From a virus, in the IMG/VR virus record IMGVR_UViG_3300042516_005631, positions 1 through 64,000 of that record: a stretch of DNA of 64,000 bases. The stretch is one strand, 5' to 3'. The notes under the pieces are model-generated. The model did not search any database. It had not been told where the DNA came from and saw only the letters and a list, made by a program, of their open reading frames with translations. Position 1 is the first letter of the stretch. The number at the start of each line of letters is the position of its first letter. The translations under genes and the position numbers were made by a program. Shown here piece after piece: positions 49,738-57,846 of this stretch.

Positions 49738-49974
49738 TTATTTTTTAACTGTCCAACTTAAAAAACCGTTAAGCCATTTTTTACGTTTAGTACAACTACA
49801 TTCTTGTAGGCCAAAAAATTCTTTGTAACGTTCTTGGGTAATACCAAGTTTAGTTAAAGCAGATTCAACAACATCACCTAAACCAACTACTGTTGTTGGG
49901 TTTGTGTCTTGGGTAATTCCATTAGCTTCTAATTCTTGGATTAATTTGTCTAGTTCTGGTCTTACGTCGCTCAT
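49738..49974 (-). CDS. Small hypothetical protein
   Basis: GLGDVVE..TKLGI...CSCTKRKKWLN. Confidence 0.7.
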   Translation of the reverse strand: MSDVRPELDKLIQELEANGITQDTNPTTVVGLGDVVESALTKLGITQERYKEFFGLQECSCTKRKKWLNGFLSWTVKK

Positions 49975-50090
49975 ATTTTTTTGTTTTGGAATAAATATTT
50001 GGAAAATTCATAATGTGCACAAATTATTATTGATATATAACCAAATAATAAAAGGAAAGGCATTTTAATTAAGTTTTTTATTGTTTTCAT
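49971..50090 (-). CDS. Small TM protein
   Basis: Start reassigned to MKTIKNL, TAATG-coupled to the upstream ORF. Confidence 0.5.
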   Translation of the reverse strand: MKTIKNLIKMPFLLLFGYISIIICAHYEFSKYLFQNKKI

Positions 50091-50203
50091 TATGTGTGTG
50101 TTAAATAGGCAATAGCTATACCCGCAAATATACCTATTAGGGTTCCATGAAGAAAACCCATCCACCAAATTTGTTGTTTTTTTTCGTCGTTATCTAAAAG
50201 CAT
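50090..50203 (-). CDS. 37-aa TM peptide
   Basis: Hand translation MLLDNDEKKQQIWWMGFLHGTLIGIFAGIAIAYLTHT. Confidence 0.55.
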   Translation of the reverse strand: MLLDNDEKKQQIWWMGFLHGTLIGIFAGIAIAYLTHT

Positions 50204-50204
50204 T

Positions 50205-50420
50205 TTATTCTGATTTAAATGTTTTGTTGTAGTATTGTTCTGCTACGTTTGGAGTCATTTCTGCCCATTCATACCACGCATATTCAAAAGCATCAATTAT
50301 CTGCTCCTTTTCTATTTGTAAAGCGTATTCAAAAGTTATTTTCCATTCATCATAATCAAATGGTTTATCTTTTTGACCCTCTAATATTTTTAAAAGCCAT
50401 TGTATTGCTGTTGGTTTCAT
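50205..50420 (-). CDS. Small hypothetical protein
   Basis: MKPTAIQWL..EKEQIIDAF..AEQYYNKTF; promoter-like TTGG..TATATTTC upstream. Confidence 0.75.
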   Translation of the reverse strand: MKPTAIQWLLKILEGQKDKPFDYDEWKITFEYALQIEKEQIIDAFEYAWYEWAEMTPNVAEQYYNKTFKSE

Positions 50421-50697
50421 ATGTTTGAAATATACGTATATCCTATGTCGATGCCAAGGATTTTTATAAAAGAAAAGATTTGATTTTTGTGAATTTTTAT
50501 CCCCTTTTACATTTTGGAATTTTGGGTTTCATTTGGGGGTATATAAAGATATACAATGTCGATGTGTAAAGATCGTTTACGAGCTGTGAAGTGGTCTAAG
50601 CACCGTCCCTCACCACCCCGCCATATATTGACAACGGCGCGCGTGGGGCGATATGGCTATACCCATACCATATATATACGGCGGTACGGCCACAGGA

Positions 50698-50886
50698 TTA
50701 CCACCCTTGTACTTTGATCTTAGATCCTACCACCACACCATTTTCAAACCAGTAAAACACCAGCTTACCCTCAGGCGTTAAGACCGTGATTGTGGCTTGA
50801 TCTAAGTTACCGTCTATGTTCTGGATTCTGGGTCTATTAATCTTGATGAATGTGTCTACGCTCATGGCCCCAAAAGCCCGGATCAA
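50698..50886 (-). CDS. Hypothetical protein
   Basis: 62-aa ORF in a GC-richer segment; start uncertain. Confidence 0.45.
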   Translation of the reverse strand: MIRAFGAMSVDTFIKINRPRIQNIDGNLDQATITVLTPEGKLVFYWFENGVVVGSKIKVQGW

Positions 50887-50941
50887 CCGGGCTCACAGGG
50901 CGTATAATTAAAAAGATAAGTGCTGTCTCTCCAGCTGTCAT

Positions 50942-51010
50942 TTATTTCTCAAATACCATTATCATTACCGATCCAACAACCACTAAACCAAATATTACTG
51001 CTACCACCAT
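50942..51010 (-). CDS. 22-aa hydrophobic micropeptide
   Basis: MVVAVIFGLVVVGSVMIMVFEK, starts 1 nt after the previous stop. Confidence 0.45.
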   Translation of the reverse strand: MVVAVIFGLVVVGSVMIMVFEK

Positions 51011-51011
51011 T

Positions 51012-51080
51012 TTATCCTAGATTTACTAATATCAAATATTTAACTCCAATTACCAAACAACTTAATCCTAATACTACCAT
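51012..51080 (-). CDS. 22-aa hydrophobic micropeptide
   Basis: MVVLGLSCLVIGVKYLILVNLG directly downstream of the promoter element at 51101. Confidence 0.5.
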   Translation of the reverse strand: MVVLGLSCLVIGVKYLILVNLG

Positions 51081-51132
51081 TTGCTCTTTATTTATACTTT
51101 AATATACGAACTTTATTTTAAATGAGGTAGTC

Positions 51133-51453
51133 CTAAGCTGCTACCTCATTACCATCGCTCTTAACTTGAGCTGGTCGTCCTCGTTTCAAAGTACCATTTG
51201 CTCTTTTACTCTCTAATTCAGCTAATCTCATTTGTCTTACTGAATTTGGATTTACAGGTCGTCCTTGGCCAATACCGTTTGCTTTATTCTCTGCTTGTTT
51301 AGCTAATCGAATTTGTCTTTCTGAATCAGCTACTACAGGTCGTCCTCGTTTCAACTCTCCACTATTTCTTTTTAATTCTAATTCTTTTAATCTTAATTGT
51401 CTTACACTGTTTTCATTTACAGGACGTCCTAATTTTTTTACTTCATTTTTCAT
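51133..51453 (-). CDS. Repetitive basic protein with four GRP (AT-hook-like) motifs
   Basis: KLGRPV, KRGRPV, GQGRPV, KRGRPA, spaced about 28 aa apart. Confidence 0.8.
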   Translation of the reverse strand: MKNEVKKLGRPVNENSVRQLRLKELELKRNSGELKRGRPVVADSERQIRLAKQAENKANGIGQGRPVNPNSVRQMRLAELESKRANGTLKRGRPAQVKSDGNEVAA

Positions 51454-51523
51454 AACTTTTTTCTTTTTAAATTTAACTTATTTTCTTAACTTATTTATAC
51501 TGTAATATACGAATTACATTTTA

Positions 51524-51679
51524 ATTAACTTAGTCCTGAATTAACATTTTACTAATAAATTCTAAACACTCATCTTTATTATTAAAACTAAATCTATTTC
51601 CATTTTCATCATTAAAAAACCACCCTACTCTTTCATCAAATTTAACTAATATTCCTCTATAAACAAACATATTATTCAT
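51524..51679 (-). CDS. 51-aa cytosine-free early protein
   Basis: Hand translation MNNMFVYRGILVKFDERVGWFFNDENGNRFSFNNKDECLEFISKNVNSGLS behind promoter 51704. Confidence 0.65.
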
Positions 51680-51720
51680 CTTTTATTTTTTTAATTATAC
51701 ATCAATATACGAATTACTTA

Positions 51721-52047
51721 TTAAATTAACTCTTCCTGTTTTAAAGCAAATTGTTTCAATTCTTCTAGTTTATTATTTAATAATTCAATCATTTCAAGTT
51801 CACTTCCTCCAAAATAAAATACTCTACTCTTCATTCCTGGTACTTTCATTTCAAAACAATTATACAATCCTTTAGCTAATCCTCTTCTAAGCATATCAGC
51901 ATACTTCTTATTTGCTTCCCCTCCTTTACTCTTTCTATAATAACCAAATACTTCCTTTTGAATTTGTCCTTCAGTAGCTATAACTGTTAAATCTAAAAAT
52001 TCTACTATTTGCTTTACACTGTTTTGTTTTCTTCCTTTAAACCCCAT
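51721..52047 (-). CDS. Hypothetical early protein (possible winged helix)
   Basis: 108-aa ORF behind promoter 52074. Confidence 0.7.
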   Translation of the reverse strand: MGFKGRKQNSVKQIVEFLDLTVIATEGQIQKEVFGYYRKSKGGEANKKYADMLRRGLAKGLYNCFEMKVPGMKSRVFYFGGSELEMIELLNNKLEELKQFALKQEELI

Positions 52048-52107
52048 TTTCTTATCTTTTTTAATTATACTTCAATATACGAATTATTTATTAATTAATT
52101 TAGTCCT

Positions 52108-52214
52108 TTAATTTCTAAATAAAATACTTACAATTTTCTCATCTTCAACATTCAATTCTTTCACATCTAAAGTTTGATAAAAGAATGTATCTTCATCTAA
52201 GTCATTATCACTTA
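52108..52214 (-). pseudogene. 5'-truncated gene remnant
   Basis: Frame ..LSDNDLDEDTFFYQTLDVKELNVEDEKIVSILFRN* has no in-frame ATG; nearest ATG is ATG-ACT-TAG. Confidence 0.45.
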
Positions 52215-52250
52215 AATATACGATTCAATACTAAATTAATTTACTCCTAA

Positions 52251-52406
52251 TTAAAACCCAATTAAATCAATTGCTATTTCTCCTGTACTTTTACCATTAT
52301 AGGTAATCTCATAATTTGGGTCCATCCCGGAAATCATAATATGGGCGATAAGATCCCCAATCGTTTTAAACTCTACCTCGTAATAATCACAATTTAAACT
52401 ATACAT
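52251..52406 (-). CDS. 51-aa early protein, paralogue of 54301-54456
   Basis: MYSLNCDYYEVEFKTIGDLIAHIMISGMDPNYEITYNGKSTGEIAIDLIGF. Confidence 0.8.
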   Translation of the reverse strand: MYSLNCDYYEVEFKTIGDLIAHIMISGMDPNYEITYNGKSTGEIAIDLIGF

Positions 52407-52469
52407 AATTTATCATTTTTTAATTATACTTTAATATACGAATTATTTATTAATTTTACTATTCCTAAC

Positions 52470-52670
52470 TCAACAAAACTTATCTAATAAACCCTTATTC
52501 TCTAATTTAATTAAACAATTATTAACATTATAAGGATTCTTTCTTTTATAATTTTTCAACTCATCATTTACTAAATCCAAAAACTCCTTTTCATCATCCT
52601 CACTTACAAAATCAACTTCATCATATTCATTAATAAACAAATTTAACTCTTTAATACTTTCAAATTTCAT
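52470..52670 (-). CDS. Acidic early protein (nearly cytosine-free)
   Basis: Behind promoter 52695. Confidence 0.7.
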   Translation of the reverse strand: MKFESIKELNLFINEYDEVDFVSEDDEKEFLDLVNDELKNYKRKNPYNVNNCLIKLENKGLLDKFC

Positions 52671-52726
52671 ATCTTATCTTTTTAATTATACTGAAATATA
52701 CGAACTTAATTTTAACTCTGTTATTC

Positions 52727-52921
52727 CTATTTTAAATTAATAATTAAATCAAATAATAAATCCTCTAAACTATCATCACCCTTCCAACCTCTCTTATACA
52801 AATAATACTCCTTTACATCTTCTAAAGTTTCTAATTTATCAATATCTTTTTTTACCTCTAAAGCAAAATCCTCAAAACTCACTTCACATTCAAATTCAAA
52901 TACTTTTTCTGTTAATGTCAT
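52727..52921 (-). CDS. Acidic early protein
   Basis: Behind promoter 52946. Confidence 0.7.
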   Translation of the reverse strand: MTLTEKVFEFECEVSFEDFALEVKKDIDKLETLEDVKEYYLYKRGWKGDDSLEDLLFDLIINLK

Positions 52922-52982
52922 CTTTTATTTTTTTAATTATACATCAATATACGAATCTTAATTTAATTAACTTAGTCCTGAA

Positions 52983-53186
52983 TTAACTAAATGATTCAAT
53001 CAAATCAGTTGCAATGTAAACGTCTCTACAAATCAATTCTTCAAATGAAAATACCCCTACTGTACCAAATGCTAATTTTACTTGTGCGTCCCATAATTTG
53101 TAATTTGTAGTACGCTTTAAACGCTGTTCAATACCTTTTAATTTAATCGTTAATTCTAATTTTTCTTTGTTGCTTAATCTGCTCAT
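52983..53186 (-). CDS. Hypothetical early protein
   Basis: Behind promoter 53209. Confidence 0.7.
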   Translation of the reverse strand: MSRLSNKEKLELTIKLKGIEQRLKRTTNYKLWDAQVKLAFGTVGVFSFEELICRDVYIATDLIESFS

Positions 53187-53226
53187 ATGTCTTTTTTAAT
53201 TATACCTGAATATACGAATTATATTT

Positions 53227-53340
53227 TTACTCTACTATTCCTAAAATTAAACTTAATATATATAAAACAATTAAAGGCATTGCAATTGGGAATACTACTT
53301 TACCAAATAAATCATTTAAACCCTTGTTTCTCTTTTTCAT
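53227..53340 (-). CDS. 37-aa TM peptide
   Basis: MKKRNKGLNDLFGKVVFPIAMPLIVLYILSLILGIVE. Confidence 0.55.
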   Translation of the reverse strand: MKKRNKGLNDLFGKVVFPIAMPLIVLYILSLILGIVE

Positions 53341-53343
53341 ATC

Positions 53344-53469
53344 TTAATTCCATCTAATTACACAATCATCAAATTCTAGTATTTCTAATAGGTTTGAATT
53401 TAAAATAATTCCAACAGCCATCTCTTGTTTGATTAATAATCTCAATAATTTAATTTCTGCTTTTGTCAT
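53344..53469 (-). CDS. 41-aa early protein
   Basis: MTKAEIKLLRLLIKQEMAVG... behind promoter 53494. Confidence 0.55.
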   Translation of the reverse strand: MTKAEIKLLRLLIKQEMAVGIILNSNLLEILEFDDCVIRWN

Positions 53470-53840
53470 AACGTTTCTTTTTAATTATACTTTAATATAC
53501 GAATCAATTTTTAAAGACACTAGTCCTTAATTAAGCAGTAAGGTGGCCTGCAATTTATTGCAAGCTTTTCTTTTATTTTAACAAACGTTCCATCACAGGT
53601 CATTCTGATGGGCTTATCCTGGGTATGTTTTGTTGTAGGAGAACATCCAAACTCATTCATTTACCAACACGAATACGCTATTTTCCGCCATGTTTTGTAG
53701 GTCCTGGGGATATTTCTGTGTCCTAATGCTGTTGCTATCCGTTACCCGTTTCCATTATGGAGAATACATTGTATTCAGTAATACATATGTGAAGGTAATG
53801 CCTTTTTATTGCTTTTCCAACTATTTTTTTAATTTCTTTT

Positions 53841-53871
53841 ACCCCCCTCTCCCCCAAGGGGGACGGGGGAG
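53841..53871. other. GC-rich inverted repeat in non-coding island
   Basis: acccccctctcccccaagggggacgggggag. Confidence 0.6.
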
Positions 53872-54000
53872 TCGCATTTTTTGTATATATTTTTGGAAAG
53901 AACGTAAAGGGGACGTGGCGATGTGGGGAAGGGTTAGACCCTAACATTCCCTAACACACCCTTAGTGACCTATATTTTCCACATACTATTTTAATTAATT

Positions 54001-54285
54001 TTCATTTCATTTGATAATTGACGTTTTGTGGTGATTGACATCCTTTCGGTAATTTCTGTTATTTATTGACGTTTTTCGTTCCGTGACGATTTTCATTGGT
54101 AATTTTTATTTTATGATAATTTCCGTTTTGTGGTGATTTTCATTGACGATTTTCATTCCCCATGTTGATTTTCATTCCACATAAACTAATCTAAACATTA
54201 GTTTAGCTTACATGTTAATTTCTATTCCTTGCGTTTATCTGTTGGTGATTTCTATCTTTGACGATTTCCTTGATAATTGACGTTC
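54001..54285. repeat. Cluster of degenerate ~10-bp iteron-like repeats
   Basis: About 14 copies of minus-strand AAAT(C/T)R(T/C/A)CA, plus longer duplicates ttgataattgacgtt, cgttttgtggtgatt and gattttcatt. Confidence 0.7.
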
Positions 54286-54300
54286 CTCGTTTTATACACG

Positions 54301-54456
54301 TTAAAATCCAATTAATTCAATTAACATTTCCCCTGTTAATTTTCCATTTCTAGTTATTTCATAATTAGGATCCATTCCTACTTGCATCGCATAATTAATC
54401 AATTCATCTATTGAACTAAACTCCTCTACAAAATAATTACAATTTAAACTATACAT
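54301..54456 (-). CDS. 51-aa early protein, paralogue of 52251-52406
   Basis: MYSLNCNYFVEEFSSIDELINYAMQVGMDPNYEITRNGKLTGEMLIELIGF. Confidence 0.8.
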   Translation of the reverse strand: MYSLNCNYFVEEFSSIDELINYAMQVGMDPNYEITRNGKLTGEMLIELIGF

Positions 54457-54508
54457 TTTTTTCTTTTTTTATTTATATCCTGAATATACGATCTCTATTT
54501 TATGTTTC

Positions 54509-54709
54509 TTAGTCCTCTAAATCTTCTATAAATTTAGTTTTGGTAAGTATTTCTGTTCCCCATTCAATGTCATCATCCACTTCCTCACCTTCACCACGTT
54601 CTTCTCCTTCTATTATTTTCAATTCTGCTTCTTCTTGTGAATTAGCTTCAACAATATATTGTATTGTTTTAGTTGATTTTACTTCTGTTGTAATTCTAAA
54701 TACTTTCAT
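54509..54709 (-). CDS. Small acidic protein (DpnD/PcfM-like pattern)
   Basis: YIVEANSQEEAE; paralogue of 54947-55135. Confidence 0.75.
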   Translation of the reverse strand: MKVFRITTEVKSTKTIQYIVEANSQEEAELKIIEGEERGEGEEVDDDIEWGTEILTKTKFIEDLED

Positions 54710-54718
54710 TTTTTTTTC

Positions 54719-54898
54719 TTAATTATATCGTTGCATAATAATATCAGCAAATGCATAAAACTGATCAAAATCATCCTCTCTCATTAATGTTACTGCACTT
54801 TGAAATTCTAATATAAATGCTTCTCGTTTTGGTGAATTATCAACCAATTCAATATCATCTGCTAAGTGTTCAATTTGTTCAAACATTTTTTCTTTCAT
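54719..54898 (-). CDS. 59-aa early protein
   Basis: MKEKMFEQIEHLADDIELVDNSPKREAF... behind promoter 54927. Confidence 0.65.
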   Translation of the reverse strand: MKEKMFEQIEHLADDIELVDNSPKREAFILEFQSAVTLMREDDFDQFYAFADIIMQRYN

Positions 54899-54946
54899 AA
54901 CTTTTTTCTCTCTTTATTTATACCGTAATATACGAAATTTATTTTA

Positions 54947-55135
54947 CTAATCTATTTCCTCTTCTACAGTAATTACTTCACTTCCCCAATCATATTGTTC
55001 ATCAAATGTTATTCCATCACATCGGTGTTCTCCGTTTTGTAATTGTTCAAGTGCTTCCTCTAGTGAATCCGCTTCAATAAGATATTCTATTGTTGCTTTT
55101 ACTTGTACCTCTGTTTCAAATCTGAATTGTCCCAT
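54947..55135 (-). CDS. Small acidic protein (DpnD/PcfM-like pattern)
   Basis: YLIEADSLEEALE. Confidence 0.75.
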   Translation of the reverse strand: MGQFRFETEVQVKATIEYLIEADSLEEALEQLQNGEHRCDGITFDEQYDWGSEVITVEEEID

Positions 55136-55136
55136 T

Positions 55137-55433
55137 TTATCTACTTGTTACTGATTCGATTACTTCTGTTCCTGAATTGATCATTGCTATTACTCCACCC
55201 CACATATTTTCATCTGCTTCCCATTCTACTTCGTGTTTTGCATGTTTCATTTGCCAATTACTTATTGAAAATCCCATTCCATCTATTTTAAAATCACCTT
55301 CACTATTTTTCTTAAATCTTAAATAATGAACATTATCACACATACATGATACTGTTTTGAATATGACCTCTCTAGCTCCTTCTTTAATAGTTAATTTAGG
55401 TTGGTTTAATCTTAATTCTCTGTATTTACTCAT
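55137..55433 (-). CDS. Hypothetical early protein
   Basis: Behind promoter 55468. Confidence 0.75.
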   Translation of the reverse strand: MSKYRELRLNQPKLTIKEGAREVIFKTVSCMCDNVHYLRFKKNSEGDFKIDGMGFSISNWQMKHAKHEVEWEADENMWGGVIAMINSGTEVIESVTSR

Positions 55434-55492
55434 AACTTTTTATTTTTTCTTTTTTTATTTATACTGTAATATACGAACTTTATTTTAAATCT

Positions 55493-55663
55493 CTATTTCC
55501 CTAAAATTTCATCTAAATTTTCTTTAATATATTCCTTTACATCACTATACTCAAATCCATCATTTAACATTTGATCTGCTATTTCATTAATAGCTGTTGT
55601 TAATTGTACTGCTGATTCGAATGTTAATAGATTTTCAATTCGTTCTCTTTTTTCAAAATTCAT
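55493..55663 (-). CDS. 56-aa early protein
   Basis: MNFEKRERIENLLTFESAVQLTTAINEIADQMLNDGFEY... behind promoter 55686. Confidence 0.65.
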   Translation of the reverse strand: MNFEKRERIENLLTFESAVQLTTAINEIADQMLNDGFEYSDVKEYIKENLDEILGK

Positions 55664-55739
55664 GTCTTTCTTTTTTATTTACTGAAATATACGAAAGCCC
55701 CTTTAATTTGGGGCTTCCTTTACTAAATTTTATTTTAAT

Positions 55740-56087
55740 TTATTCCTCTGTTGAATTTTCATCTTCAATGTCATCTTCTTCCTCAACCATAAATTCATCA
55801 AGTACTGCATTTACATGTTCCATTATTTCATAAACATTAACATCTATATCAGTTACTCGAATAGTATTATTGTAATCTAATTCCAATTCTACACTATCTA
55901 GATCAACTAAACCACGACTATTATTATCCATTACTAACTCAATTTTGTTAGATATTTTATCTACTAGTTTTGGGGTAAGTCCTCCTGTCTCAATTTGTTT
56001 AATCAATTCAATTACTTTATCAATATCAACTGTTGATGATAATACTTTTGCTGTTTCTAGTTGTTCAATTAAATGTTCTTTTTTCAT
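55740..56087 (-). CDS. Acidic early protein
   Basis: Behind promoter 56114. Confidence 0.75.
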   Translation of the reverse strand: MKKEHLIEQLETAKVLSSTVDIDKVIELIKQIETGGLTPKLVDKISNKIELVMDNNSRGLVDLDSVELELDYNNTIRVTDIDVNVYEIMEHVNAVLDEFMVEEEDDIEDENSTEE

Positions 56088-56130
56088 ATCTTTTTCTTTT
56101 TTTATTTGAGTGAAATATACGAAAGCCCTT

Positions 56131-56373
56131 TTAAATAAGGGCTTCCTTTTTTGTTTTCTCTACTATAAAAGAAATTGCTCTTTGGTTTTCTGGTAATGTA
56201 TTATCTGGTTTAATTCCCAAATCTTCCATTAACCCGTTTATTTTAGCCCAATCTGATACTGAACGTAGTGTAATGTTATTATCTTTTCCAAATAGACTTT
56301 CATCTACTTTAATTTGTAAAAATAATTCTGCTTCTTTTTGTTGAATTACTTCAATCATTTGTTTTTTTGTCAT
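56131..56373 (-). CDS. Hypothetical early protein
   Basis: Behind promoter 56390. Confidence 0.7.
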   Translation of the reverse strand: MTKKQMIEVIQQKEAELFLQIKVDESLFGKDNNITLRSVSDWAKINGLMEDLGIKPDNTLPENQRAISFIVEKTKKEALI

Positions 56374-56480
56374 AACCTTTATTTTCTTTAATATACGAAC
56401 TTAAATTGGATAACCTATGTCCCTTGCTCCAAAATCTAGCTCTTCCATTTGAGCTAGTATTGCTAATGCTTCCTCGTCAC

Positions 56481-56660
56481 TCATTTGTTTAGTTTCATTT
56501 TTAACTTTAAATCACTAATTGTCATTTCAACAAAACCAGCAGTCATTATTGGTGTTTTTCCACTTTGCTCTACTTTTTCAATTTCAGCGATCATATCTGC
56601 TTGTACTTTGTCTAATCCATCATTGATTAGAAACTTCTCAAAACCATTTAATTTGCTCAT
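56481..56660 (-). CDS. 59-aa early protein
   Basis: MSKLNGFEKFLINDGLDKVQADMIAEIE... behind promoter 56691. Confidence 0.65.
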   Translation of the reverse strand: MSKLNGFEKFLINDGLDKVQADMIAEIEKVEQSGKTPIMTAGFVEMTISDLKLKMKLNK

Positions 56661-56716
56661 AACTTTTATTTCTTTTTTTATTTATACTGTAATATACGAA
56701 ATTTCTATTAAATCTC

Positions 56717-56947
56717 CTATGCCCTCATTACTAAATTTAAGGGCACATTAAAACCGTCCGGATCAATTACAGGTACAAATTCACCTTCATCTTCATCCAT
56801 CACGTATTCAATATCTAACCAATCTGTAACATCACAATCTTCATTATTTATTACTAGTTTTGCTGCTTCACCACAATCTGAGAGTATAACACCATAACCA
56901 CAACAATTTGAATATGTGTAATAACCATGGATTTTTTCTTTTAACAT
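56717..56947 (-). CDS. Hypothetical early protein
   Basis: Behind promoter 56972. Confidence 0.7.
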   Translation of the reverse strand: MLKEKIHGYYTYSNCCGYGVILSDCGEAAKLVINNEDCDVTDWLDIEYVMDEDEGEFVPVIDPDGFNVPLNLVMRA

Positions 56948-56988
56948 AACCTTTATTTCTTTTTATACTTTAATATACGAAATCTATT

Positions 56989-57366
56989 TTAATCTTCTTC
57001 GTCCTCTATTTCAAACGTTTTATTTTTTAATTCTACTTTAAGTGCGTCCAATTCTTCTTTTAATCGTTCAATAAACGATTCTTCTCCATCATCACCTGCC
57101 AATAACCAATCTATACGTTGAGCATATATTTCTGCTTTGCGGAGCATTTCATAGCCTTTTTTAAATTCCTCTATAATTTCATCTGAGTATTTGTAGTGGT
57201 TTAGGTCCTCTGGGTATTTTTCGTACCATTCTCTATCTCTGTAATAGCCTTCTTCTTTTAATTCACGTGGTGTTTTTGGTCTACCACTTCTAGCTATTTC
57301 TTGTTCAATATCATCAGCTATGTATCTGATTTTGTATTGGTTGTAATCAAATGTTCCTCCACTCAT
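56989..57366 (-). CDS. Hypothetical early protein
   Basis: MSGGTFDY...RIDWLLAGDDGEESF. Confidence 0.8.
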   Translation of the reverse strand: MSGGTFDYNQYKIRYIADDIEQEIARSGRPKTPRELKEEGYYRDREWYEKYPEDLNHYKYSDEIIEEFKKGYEMLRKAEIYAQRIDWLLAGDDGEESFIERLKEELDALKVELKNKTFEIEDEED

Positions 57367-57402
57367 AATTTTCTTAATTTATTTTAATATACGAAATTTA
57401 TT

Positions 57403-57810
57403 TTAATAACCTTCGTCCTTTACTATCCAACCTTTATCAATCAAATGACCAATAAACCCTCTAAATTCAGCTATGCCTTGTTCATCTAACATTTCCTCTG
57501 CTTCCGGCATACTTTCAGGATTTCCTTCATAAACACCTATAAACCATCTAGGATTATCTGAATTATCTTTTTTCCAATCATCTCTATTTGCAGGGCGTTT
57601 ATCTGTTATTTCAACCCAGGAATCAGCATAAATATCTGTTAAATCTTTTGCTTCGTCTTTCAATATAACTGTTGCTTCAAAACACCATTCATCTGATTCC
57701 CAAGTACAACTTAAACTATTTGTAACATCTCTTGGTTTGATTTCCACTATTGGTAATGTAGATGTTTCTCTAACATACCATACTCCGTCTACTTGTATTC
57801 TATCTTTCAT
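57403..57810 (-). CDS. Early protein, paralogue of 61454-61843
   Basis: RIQVDGVWYVRE..WESDEWCF..ITDKRPA. Confidence 0.8.
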   Translation of the reverse strand: MKDRIQVDGVWYVRETSTLPIVEIKPRDVTNSLSCTWESDEWCFEATVILKDEAKDLTDIYADSWVEITDKRPANRDDWKKDNSDNPRWFIGVYEGNPESMPEAEEMLDEQGIAEFRGFIGHLIDKGWIVKDEGY

Positions 57811-57846
57811 TTTCTTTTTAATTTATTGGAATATACGAAAAGGGTA

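Noticed and set aside
50628-50660. Plus-strand TTGACA sigma70 promoter
   Set aside because: No good -10 box at 16-18 nt and no plus-strand gene downstream.
53690-53947. ORFs 53690-53944 (+) and 53735-53947 (-)
   Set aside because: They have no promoter element or A-rich leader, atypical composition, and span the G/C hairpin.
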